DNA from: Nanobdellota archaeon
Lineage (GTDB): Archaea > Nanobdellota > Nanobdellia > Woesearchaeales > SM23-78
Assembly (NCBI GenBank): GCA_038046485.1
Contig: JBBSWA010000019.1
Span: forward strand, 1-18,003
Length of the DNA stretch: 18,003 bases
Reading direction: 5' to 3'
The position numbers and the translations under genes were made by a program. Each line of letters opens with the position of its first letter. Position 1 is the stretch's first letter. Shown here piece by piece: positions 7,084-13,970 of this stretch. The notes below the pieces were generated by a model. It was given only the letters and a program-made list of their open reading frames with translations, was not told where the DNA came from and searched no databases.

Positions 7084-7686
7084 ATGTTTGTATATCTACT
7101 CATCGGAATCATCATTGTGTTATGGGCACTGCACAAGTTCTGGTTCCTGCGTGACCCGGATCGTAAAATACCCGCTGGAAATAACATCGTAAGTCCAGCA
7201 GATGGCCGTGTAATTCGCATCATGCCCTTTGACAACACCGAAGTCATCGTGGAAAAAGGCTTAGCAGGGCAAATTAAGGTCTTAACAGAAGATGTGGCTG
7301 CAGAAGGAAACATTGTAAGCATCTTCATGAGTCCAATGGATGTACACATCAACCGCTCGCCGATCAAGGGTGAAGTCAAGTACATCAAGTACCATTCAGG
7401 CAAGTTTAGACCGGCAAAGTATTTTGATGCTGTTTTTGACAATGAAAATGCCCAAACCTTGATTGTAGATAAAAAGCTTCGAGTAAAAGTCATCCAAATC
7501 GCAGGCATCATGGCTCGCCGTGTTGTTTCATTTCTAAAACCAGGCCAATGGGTGGAGAAGGGTGAACGCATCGGTTTGATCAAGTTAGGTAGTCAGTGCA
7601 CATTAGTCCTTCCCAAATCAGTCAAGTTAAAGGTCAAAGCAGGCGATTATGTGTATGGGGGAAGTACGATCATAGGAACGCTTTAG
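7084..7686 (+). CDS. phosphatidylserine/archaetidylserine decarboxylase family protein
   Basis: FFLRDPDR-like start (WFLRDPDRKIP), NNIVSPADGRV, FMSPMDVHINRSPIKGEV, ARR, and a terminal LGSQCTLVLP with the conserved GS of the pyruvoyl cleavage site. Confidence 0.92.
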   Translation: MFVYLLIGIIIVLWALHKFWFLRDPDRKIPAGNNIVSPADGRVIRIMPFDNTEVIVEKGLAGQIKVLTEDVAAEGNIVSIFMSPMDVHINRSPIKGEVKYIKYHSGKFRPAKYFDAVFDNENAQTLIVDKKLRVKVIQIAGIMARRVVSFLKPGQWVEKGERIGLIKLGSQCTLVLPKSVKLKVKAGDYVYGGSTIIGTL

Positions 7687-7725
7687 AACAAAAGCTTTTT
7701 TAAGGGTAGCCGTTTCTAGAAATGC

Positions 7726-8244
7726 ATGGCAAAGGGGTATCTTTCTATTTTCCAGGTAACATTCCCAGACATAGTGACCTTCCTAAACGTCTCATTAGGC
7801 TTCTCATCCATGGCAGCAAGCGCATTGCAGCATTGGGATGTAGCCTTTGCTCTTCTCATCGGTGCCATGATCATGGATTACTTGGATGGAAAGGTAGCCC
7901 GGGCGCTGAACCAAACCTCAGAACTCGGAACCAATCTAGACTCACTCTCTGACATGGTCTCATTCGGTGCCGCTCCTGCCTTTTTGCTCCTCTCAAAAAA
8001 TGGTTTTGCACCGATACTGTGGGTTACCAGCGTAATCTTCATTTCCTGCGGCGCCTTTCGTCTGGGAAGGTACAATCTATTGCATAAGGTAGTAAAGGGT
8101 TGGGTGGGAATGCCAATTACAACAAATGCCATCATCCTTCCTGTGGCGAGTTTCTTAACCTCAAACACAACAGTTTTAGCGATCCTTATGCTTCTTTCAA
8201 GTGGCTTGATGGTAAGTTCAATCAAGGTGAAGAGGTTCTTCTGA
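7726..8244 (+). CDS. CDP-alcohol phosphatidyltransferase (probable archaetidylserine/phosphatidylserine synthase)
   Basis: DYLDGKVARALNQTSELGTNLDSLSD matches the DG-x2-AR-x8-G-x3-D-x3-D signature. Multiple transmembrane segments. Adjacent to the decarboxylase. Confidence 0.9.
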   Translation: MAKGYLSIFQVTFPDIVTFLNVSLGFSSMAASALQHWDVAFALLIGAMIMDYLDGKVARALNQTSELGTNLDSLSDMVSFGAAPAFLLLSKNGFAPILWVTSVIFISCGAFRLGRYNLLHKVVKGWVGMPITTNAIILPVASFLTSNTTVLAILMLLSSGLMVSSIKVKRFF

Positions 8245-8780
8245 TGTTTTTGCAAGTATTATACCTTTTATTACCTGCAGCCTTTGCAAACATGGCCCCG
8301 ATTTTCTTCAAGGATAGCTGGAAATGGCTTGACCGGCCTATAGATGGAAATAAAAAATGGAAGGGAAAACCCATTCTAGGGTCGCACAAGACCTGGCGGG
8401 GTTTCATTGCCGGAATTGTCCTAGGCATCCTTGTTGCCTTCTTGCAAAAACAACTTTGGGAGGCAGGAATTGGAAGGGCTTGGATTCTCATCAACTATGA
8501 ACATCTCTGGTTGTCACTGGGCTTTTGGATGGGCTTTGGCGCCATGTTCGGGGATAGTGTAAAGAGTTTTTTCAAGCGCCGGTCTAGTGTCAAACCGGGC
8601 GACCGATTCATGCCTTGGGATCAGATCGATTGGATTCTAGGCAGTTTGGTCTTTGTTTCGTTGTTCGTCCAAGTTCTTCCATGGCAGGTCTGGGCTTGGT
8701 GGTTGATCATCGGCTTTGCAGGCCACATCATCATTCGCCACATCTCTTATTGGTTAAAGATGGACAAGGATAAGTGGTAG
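8244..8780 (+). CDS. carS: CDP-archaeol synthase-like integral membrane protein (CarS family)
   Basis: MFLQVLYLLLPAAFANMAPIFFK...GSHKTWRGFIAGIVLG...GAMFGDSVKSFFKRR...KPGDRFMPWDQIDWILG. The start overlaps the preceding stop (tgATG) at 8244, so the track start at 8100 is too long. Confidence 0.88.
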   Translation: MFLQVLYLLLPAAFANMAPIFFKDSWKWLDRPIDGNKKWKGKPILGSHKTWRGFIAGIVLGILVAFLQKQLWEAGIGRAWILINYEHLWLSLGFWMGFGAMFGDSVKSFFKRRSSVKPGDRFMPWDQIDWILGSLVFVSLFVQVLPWQVWAWWLIIGFAGHIIIRHISYWLKMDKDKW

Positions 8781-9311
8781 CTATTCATACACCAACTTTC
8801 CAATCTCTTCATATTTGTATTCTTGCAAGACCCCATAAACTTCATAGTCTTTGATGAATTCAGAAAACCTTTGTCGGATGCCCTTGAAGATCTTGTCAAA
8901 GTGGCCTTGGCTTTCAGCCATAATATCCAAAATATAATCCCATTTTCCGATGAGGCCAGCAATGTATGTTACATTCTTATTATTTTGTAAGAAGGTCAAA
9001 AATTCTTTTTCTTTTTCCGGACTTGGATTGTAGATGGAGATGAAAACATAGTTGATGATTGGAAAACCCATACTGGGAGGATTATAGACGGGCTTGAATG
9101 CGTAAAGAACTTTGGCTGTAATGAGTTTCTGGATGCGGTTGCGAATGGCATCTCGAGATAATCCTACTTTGCGAGAGAGTTCAGAAAGGGGTTTTCGGGC
9201 ATTATCATCCAGCTCCTTGAGAAGAACAAGATCGTACCGGTCAAATTTATACGGTTTTCCGTAAGTAAGGGAAGGGTCAAAACGGCCTGTTTCTATTTTT
9301 TCTGACTTCAT
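8781..9311 (-). CDS. Lrp/AsnC family transcriptional regulator
   Basis: FDRYDLVLLKELDDNARKPLSELSRKVGLSRDAIRNRIQKLITAKVL, followed by a RAM-like domain. TTTATAAA lies about 26 nt upstream. Confidence 0.9.
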   Translation of the reverse strand: MKSEKIETGRFDPSLTYGKPYKFDRYDLVLLKELDDNARKPLSELSRKVGLSRDAIRNRIQKLITAKVLYAFKPVYNPPSMGFPIINYVFISIYNPSPEKEKEFLTFLQNNKNVTYIAGLIGKWDYILDIMAESQGHFDKIFKGIRQRFSEFIKDYEVYGVLQEYKYEEIGKLVYE

Positions 9312-9428
9312 AAAGCGTAATATGCTATTCTTTTTTATAAATTTATCGTATTTTGCGCTTTTTTATAACAATATATATTTATATTAATATATGTAACTAT
9401 TAAGTAATAACAATAAAAGGTGATGAAA

Positions 9429-10004
9429 ATGAATACCCCCCAACCCAATCAAGATTTACTCAATGTAGTTAACGATATTGGTAACTTAATCGAACCAGAC
9501 CGAATCAGCAATACTCCTGAACTAAACCAGGTAAGATTTGGACTTCATGTACCTAAAATCCTTTTTAGAGATCCTGAACCCGGAGTATTAAACTTTGCAC
9601 TTAGCATGCCCTACCAAGTAGGAGGAGAAAATGAAGAGTATCTAGTAACTCCTGTACGATTGAATGGGTTTGGAAACAGAGCTATGTTTAACGTAGGATT
9701 CACACCTGAAGGAAGCGCTTTTCGTCAATACGGCCAAATGAGTCCTGAAGCAGCAAAAGAGCTTACAGAAAAATTTATTAAATACCGACCCGGACTTGAA
9801 AACGCTGTTGTAACCCTCGAAAAAGTTTCCCCTACAATTTATGAAACTCCACAAAATTCACTTAGAGGGCCTGCATTAAACGCATTTCATGCAAGAGGAA
9901 ATGTTCAAGTAACCCCTCCTTATAAGGGTTGGGCAAAGATGGCCGAAGTAGGATTAGTAGGTGGATTATGGAAATATGTAACCGTAGAAAAAGAAAAAGA
10001 GTAA
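9429..10004 (+). CDS. hypothetical protein, 191 aa
   Basis: Open reading frame with the SD GGTGA (AAAAGGTGATGAAAATG) pointing to ATG 9429. Confidence 0.7.
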   Translation: MNTPQPNQDLLNVVNDIGNLIEPDRISNTPELNQVRFGLHVPKILFRDPEPGVLNFALSMPYQVGGENEEYLVTPVRLNGFGNRAMFNVGFTPEGSAFRQYGQMSPEAAKELTEKFIKYRPGLENAVVTLEKVSPTIYETPQNSLRGPALNAFHARGNVQVTPPYKGWAKMAEVGLVGGLWKYVTVEKEKE

Positions 10005-10006
10005 GC

Positions 10007-11104
10007 CTAATCCATCAGGTCCAAGTACATGGCAGCCCACAGCATGCCTTCATCACTCACGTGCAAAGCCGTCTTGTAGGGTTTTCCAAATGCATCAAAC
10101 ACTTCTAGAAAATTCTTATGGCGCTGGATGAGTTCAGTGTACTTTTTTAAATACACTTGGGCATAATTCAAATCGTACTTCTTTACAACCTGCAAGAAAC
10201 ACAATCCCAAGTGCATGAAGATGGCCGTGTGCTCATACTCCTTAGTCAACAATTGCACAGGAATCATACGGTGTTTAGCATGACCATTGGTATATTTTAG
10301 GGGAAAAGGCTGATCCAGGCCACTTTTGCGTAGCGTATCAAAGGCTTTTTGAAATCGTACTTTATCATCAAAGATCCCCGTCCAGAAAGGGAAGGTGGTG
10401 GCGTCCCCCGTAACAATGTTATGGCCCGAAAGGTCTTCTAAAAAGTGGGTTCCCGTCCAAAAATGGCGTTCGATGGTTTTAGCATAATCATATTGCTTAA
10501 GGGGGTTTTCAAGGCCTAACTTAGTGGCATAATGACTGAGCATGCCCAGCATGCAATTGGTATAGCAATCACTTTTACGAATAGCATGGTCTTTGATGCT
10601 GCTGACATGCACGTTTTTTCGAAGCAATCCAGAGGAAGGATCAATGTATTTTACGGCTTTTCGAATTTCGTTGTTAATGAAATCTTTGTGTTTTCGAACA
10701 AGGTCTTGAGCATCGGCAAGGGATAGGCTTCGTAAAAGGTAAGCGACAGATTCAGGGCTATACGTTGGAAAGTCAAAGGCCTTTCCTTGGGGAGTAATGG
10801 AGGTGGTTATCTTGCCACCTTTTTCAAAGCAGGTAAGAGCGTATTTTAGGGTATTTAAGACTTGGTTTTCATACCCCAAGTCCAATAGACTCTGCGTGCA
10901 CATGCCAAAGTCTCGGGTGTAAAACTGGCAGTAGTGCCCCGTGCTGGTCATGAAGTATTCATATTCATGGTTGTAGCAGTCCAGAATGATTTGGCGACAA
11001 ATCGCTTTTACATCACCAGGGTATTGGTTAAATCCCTTGCTATGAACATTTCGAGCTCGTTTGAAGATGCGCCAACCTTCTGAGATCATAGTAGGAGTAA
11101 TCAT
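10007..11104 (-). CDS. hypothetical protein, possibly six-hairpin (alpha/alpha)6 glycosidase-like
   Basis: Plus-strand sequence at 10007 starts cta (rc TAG), and rc of gtccaagtacatggc gives AMYLD, so the gene is minus. GGAGG SD sits 5 nt before ATG 11104 (GGAGGATATTATG). Motifs include YTRDFGMCTQSLLDLGY and GKAFDFPTYSPESVAYLLRS. Confidence 0.7.
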   Translation of the reverse strand: MITPTMISEGWRIFKRARNVHSKGFNQYPGDVKAICRQIILDCYNHEYEYFMTSTGHYCQFYTRDFGMCTQSLLDLGYENQVLNTLKYALTCFEKGGKITTSITPQGKAFDFPTYSPESVAYLLRSLSLADAQDLVRKHKDFINNEIRKAVKYIDPSSGLLRKNVHVSSIKDHAIRKSDCYTNCMLGMLSHYATKLGLENPLKQYDYAKTIERHFWTGTHFLEDLSGHNIVTGDATTFPFWTGIFDDKVRFQKAFDTLRKSGLDQPFPLKYTNGHAKHRMIPVQLLTKEYEHTAIFMHLGLCFLQVVKKYDLNYAQVYLKKYTELIQRHKNFLEVFDAFGKPYKTALHVSDEGMLWAAMYLDLMD

Positions 11105-11156
11105 AATATCCTCCAATACGAAAGGATTGTATTTAAAGGTATATGATGTGAAAGCC

Positions 11157-11555
11157 CTATTTTTGTGAAGGGAGTAAGATCTCCAGAAAATTCCCATCTG
11201 GATCTAAAAAAATCGTGATCTTACCATAACTGCGCTGTTCCGAACGAGTGAGCAGCTTTACTCCCTTTTTCTCAAGTTGTTGATTCATGGCTTCGAGTTC
11301 ATCTTCATCGTGAGCTTGAAATTGTACTAAAACAGGATTCTTTGTATTATACTCCCAAGTATACCTTTTTCGGTTGCTAACTGGTTCCAGAGCAAAAGTT
11401 GTTTTGCCCGTGTCAAAACCATACCAATTATCTTTTTCATTCATTCCTTTAAGAGGATTCATCCCAATGACATCTCGATAGAAACGTATGAGTTTAGAGT
11501 AATCTTCTGAGTACAAGTTGACATGACTGATGCGCCAATTTATTTTCTTTTCCAT
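11157..11555 (-). CDS. VOC superfamily (glyoxalase/bleomycin resistance-like) protein
   Basis: ISHVNLYSEDYSKLIRFYRDVIGMNPLKG ... ITIFLDPDGNFLEILLP. The SD GGTGGTGAT precedes ATG 11555. The 43-aa N-terminal extension in the track overlaps the tRNA gene. Confidence 0.9.
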   Translation of the reverse strand: MEKKINWRISHVNLYSEDYSKLIRFYRDVIGMNPLKGMNEKDNWYGFDTGKTTFALEPVSNRKRYTWEYNTKNPVLVQFQAHDEDELEAMNQQLEKKGVKLLTRSEQRSYGKITIFLDPDGNFLEILLPSQK

Positions 11556-11598
11556 GCGATCACCACCTATAATTATAAAAAAGGCGAGCCTGGGAGGA

Positions 11599-11685
11599 CT
11601 TTCATAGTTCACTACGAAGGTTTTTTGAACCAGCGAAGTTGCGTCAGCGACTTCGCGGCTCAAAGTTGTGAACGAAGTGAACAAC
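11599..11685 (-). other. tRNA intron in the T-loop at position 59/60 (87 nt)
   Basis: BHB: T stem GGGGG/CCTCC, central helix TTCA/TGAA, 3-nt bulges AA^G and AG^T, and intron stem GTTCACT/AGTGAAC. Removal restores the TTCAAAT T-loop. Confidence 0.85.
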
Positions 11686-11707
11686 TTTGAACCCCCGACC
11701 TACTGCT

Positions 11708-11772
11708 GTTTCCGCTTCTCGGCTGATGCTTTTGATACCGCAAGGGCACAGGTAAGCGATCGTCATCAAAGC
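11708..11772 (-). other. tRNA intron at canonical position 37/38 (65 nt)
   Basis: Lies between A37 (11773) and A38 (11707), inside the ACTGC/GCAGT anticodon stem. The BHB is relaxed: TCC pairs with GGA, then GCTTT with GAAGC. Confidence 0.75.
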
Positions 11773-11835
11773 TAGGAGGCAGTTGCGCTATCCAGGCTGC
11801 GCTACAGGCTCGTATCGTCGAAAAGGGAGCCCAGA

Positions 11836-11843
11836 TTTATAAA
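11836..11843 (-). promoter_or_regulatory. TATA box of tRNA-Arg
   Basis: TTTATAAA about 28 nt upstream of tRNA position 1. Confidence 0.65.
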
Positions 11844-11897
11844 GGAAGCGGTGCCAGGCAAGTAAAGTTTATATATTCAAAGAAAAGGAAAAAGGGA

Positions 11898-12377
11898 ATG
11901 AAAAAAGAAGAGGATTTCTTTCAGACCAATCCTCAAAAAGCCTCAGCAAAGGTGACGATTAATTCATTTATGATGGGCAGTTTATTTTTTATCTTAACCT
12001 TAATCTGGTCGTTAAATCCGGAGAAATTCAGCCCCTCCATCATAGCTCAATTGGTTTTAGCAGTCCCTCTTCTTTTTATGTCGAGCCTTGCTTATTCAAA
12101 GATTGGGTATTGGAAAGAGATAAAACTCTGGGATTATCTAGGGTGGTTTACAAATAACATCGGAAATATTTTCATCCTAAACGTGATTGGGTTAATGACG
12201 GCCATGTTTTACCCAACCTTAGCATGGATCTATTTCAGTTTAATTATTGTGTTAATGGGAGTCTATTCTTGGATCAATTGCATATACAATCCCCATTCAT
12301 TGCGGGAGAAGGCGTTCAAACTGATCTTTTTCTTAGTGGTACTTCTGCTGGGCGGAATCTTACCTTCACTAACTTGA
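11898..12377 (+). CDS. hypothetical integral membrane protein (about 4 TM)
   Basis: Hydrophobic segments SFMMGSLFFILTLIW, IIAQLVLAVPLLFMSSLA, IFILNVIGLMTAMF, LIFFLVVLLLGGILP. TTTATATA lies upstream at about 11868. Confidence 0.75.
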   Translation: MKKEEDFFQTNPQKASAKVTINSFMMGSLFFILTLIWSLNPEKFSPSIIAQLVLAVPLLFMSSLAYSKIGYWKEIKLWDYLGWFTNNIGNIFILNVIGLMTAMFYPTLAWIYFSLIIVLMGVYSWINCIYNPHSLREKAFKLIFFLVVLLLGGILPSLT

Positions 12378-12533
12378 TCCCATTCAGGAAGTGTTGGAAG
12401 AAAGGTATATTAGTTTCTATATAGAAAAGTATAAAAAGAGCCCCACACCAGTATACCTTTTCCCAGAAAAATAGAAACATTTATATACTAGGGGTACTAA
12501 TATACACAAAGATCACAATGGTGAACAACCGCA

Positions 12534-12950
12534 ATGGTCATACTGTACGATCAATACAACCTTCCCGAAGACATATTCGAGATCACATTCGCAACCAAGC
12601 AACAAGTCATCGTGGCTCGGCTGTTAGTTGAAGAGATGAAGCGCAAAGAAGGCGAAATCGGAAAAACCGAGATGTCTCTCTTCGCAACAGCCCTGCACGA
12701 CGGCACCCTGGTGGAAATGCCCCACGAGAACAAGTTCATCAAGTCCAAGACTGAAAAGTTGTCGTACAACAAGCGGCAATTTTACGATCGCATCCTCACT
12801 CCCATGAAAACCATGGGATTGATCGACTACGACTTGTACAAGAAGACGTACAAGTTAAGTGAAAAGTTCAACAAGAACATGATGCGCATCGGCCTTATGT
12901 GGCTTCAAGAGCTTCGAAGGCCTCCGCAAGAGTTCAGGTTGAAAAGGTAA
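12534..12950 (+). CDS. hypothetical protein with a possible winged-helix fold
   Basis: SYNKRQFYDRILTPMKTMGLIDYDLYKKTYKLSEKF resembles a wHTH. The upstream TTTATATA and GGTGA support the start. Confidence 0.65.
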   Translation: MVILYDQYNLPEDIFEITFATKQQVIVARLLVEEMKRKEGEIGKTEMSLFATALHDGTLVEMPHENKFIKSKTEKLSYNKRQFYDRILTPMKTMGLIDYDLYKKTYKLSEKFNKNMMRIGLMWLQELRRPPQEFRLKR

Positions 12951-12990
12951 ACATCCATTCACAAGGAATGGATGCAGTACATCACAGTCA

Positions 12991-13057
12991 AAAGCCCCGG
13001 CTTTACACCCTCCCCCCTCTGAAAAATCAATGATTTTTCTCTAGCCGGGTGCTTTTA
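12991..13057 (+). ncRNA. candidate structured RNA with an exposed C-rich tract
   Basis: AAAAGC-CCCGGC (12991-13002) pairs with GCCGGG-T-GCTTTT (13045-13057). An inner hairpin is GAAAAATCA-a-TGATTTTTC (13022-13040). CACCCTCCCCCCTCT lies between them unpaired. The strand is inferred. Confidence 0.35.
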
Positions 13058-13115
13058 CAATCCTTAAATCACAACTTAGATCACAAAAACAACACGGGAA
13101 AAAGAGCGTGAGAAC

Positions 13116-13304
13116 ATGAAAGACAGCAAAACCAGCGAACTAGTCGCGCCAGAGTTACAGACGCCAACAAACCTAGAGCAGCAAGAAAAGATTGAAGTCG
13201 TCCTCTTCGATTATGAAGATGATGAATGTGCCTTCACTCTATCGTTTGAGTTCGTCTACACCTACAACCACAAGCTACAACAAGGCTTTGTCGAAATTCG
13301 CTAA
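13116..13304 (+). CDS. small acidic hypothetical protein, 62 aa
   Basis: ATG..TAA ORF just upstream of the wHTH gene and overlapping its spurious TTG extension. Confidence 0.45.
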   Translation: MKDSKTSELVAPELQTPTNLEQQEKIEVVLFDYEDDECAFTLSFEFVYTYNHKLQQGFVEIR

Positions 13305-13317
13305 AACAGGAGCGAAG

Positions 13318-13932
13318 ATGGAGCAGGAATTATTATTTACTGCATCCAAATGGGAGATCATCAAGCTGATCACAGCAAATGACCGCTCCCCGTTAGAGTT
13401 AGCTCAACTTCTGCATACTTCTGTTGCCAACATCAGCCAGCAGTTAAAAGGCTTGGAAACAGCAGGTTTGGTTAAGAAAGAGCGCATTAAGAATGGAGGC
13501 AAGGGCCTTCCTCGCTTATTATACTCATTAGCAAACGATTGTTCCTACTTGATTACGGCCGCAAAGGATTTTGCCGGTAAGAAATTAGTTCCTCTTTCAG
13601 CCTACAACAAAATCATCTTAAAGATCTGGTTCTTAGATAACCCTGAACAACGTTATCCATTAGAAAAAGCCTTTTGGAACATGGAGCCCTACTGGGAAAA
13701 GATCGATGGCTTGTTCCTGGACCAATACATGAGTACCGATGACCTTCACCTGATGGTCGTTTCCAAGTCAAAGCAAGTCGGCAGTCTCTGCCCCTTAATC
13801 TCCAAATCTGAAGGCAAGTCTTGCAAGACCCATTTCCATGTCTTTAGCCCAGAAGATTGGAAAAAGGAGCTCACCAAGCGTGAAGCAAAGGATTTCTATG
13901 CGTTGTATGATCCGAATAAGTTTGTATCATAA
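13318..13932 (+). CDS. winged HTH (ArsR-like) transcriptional regulator
   Basis: EQELLFTASKWEIIKLITANDRSPLELAQLLHTSVANISQQLKGLETAGLVKKERI. ATG 13318 is preferred to TTG 13192, because the extension overlaps the 13116 ORF and lacks homology-like character. Confidence 0.8.
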   Translation: MEQELLFTASKWEIIKLITANDRSPLELAQLLHTSVANISQQLKGLETAGLVKKERIKNGGKGLPRLLYSLANDCSYLITAAKDFAGKKLVPLSAYNKIILKIWFLDNPEQRYPLEKAFWNMEPYWEKIDGLFLDQYMSTDDLHLMVVSKSKQVGSLCPLISKSEGKSCKTHFHVFSPEDWKKELTKREAKDFYALYDPNKFVS

Positions 13933-13970
13933 CACGAAAAGTTTAAAAAAAGATACTCTTATACGATACT

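Larger units (their letters stand above)
11585..11811 (-). tRNA. tRNA-Arg (anticodon CCT) with two introns
   Basis: Spliced: GAGCCTG TA GCGC AGCCTGGATA GCGC A ACTGC CTCCTA/A GCAGT AGGTC GGGGG TTCAAA/T CCTCC CAGGCTC G (75 nt). All stems pair, with one G-U in the T stem. Anticodon CCT at 11774-11776. TTTATAAA lies upstream and CCTTTTTT immediately downstream. Confidence 0.88.

Noticed and set aside
6915-7583. 222-aa minus-strand ORF
   Set aside because: Antisense to the strongly supported gatE end and the decarboxylase. No recognisable domain.
7878-8255. 125-aa minus-strand ORF
   Set aside because: Antisense to the CDP-alcohol phosphatidyltransferase, which has its catalytic signature on the plus strand.
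11556-11684. N-terminal extension MFTSFTTLSREVADATSLVQKTF... of the VOC protein
   Set aside because: It lies in the tRNA 3' exon and T-loop intron. The real start at 11555 has a GGTGGTGAT SD.
11708-11772. C/D-box sRNA inside the 37/38 tRNA intron
   Set aside because: A TGATGA resembling box C is present, but no convincing box D (CTGA) is placed to form a kink-turn.
13192-13317. TTG-initiated N-terminal extension of the wHTH protein (MKSSSSIMKMMNVPSL...)
   Set aside because: It overlaps another plausible ORF (13116..13304). The conserved-looking domain begins just after ATG 13318.
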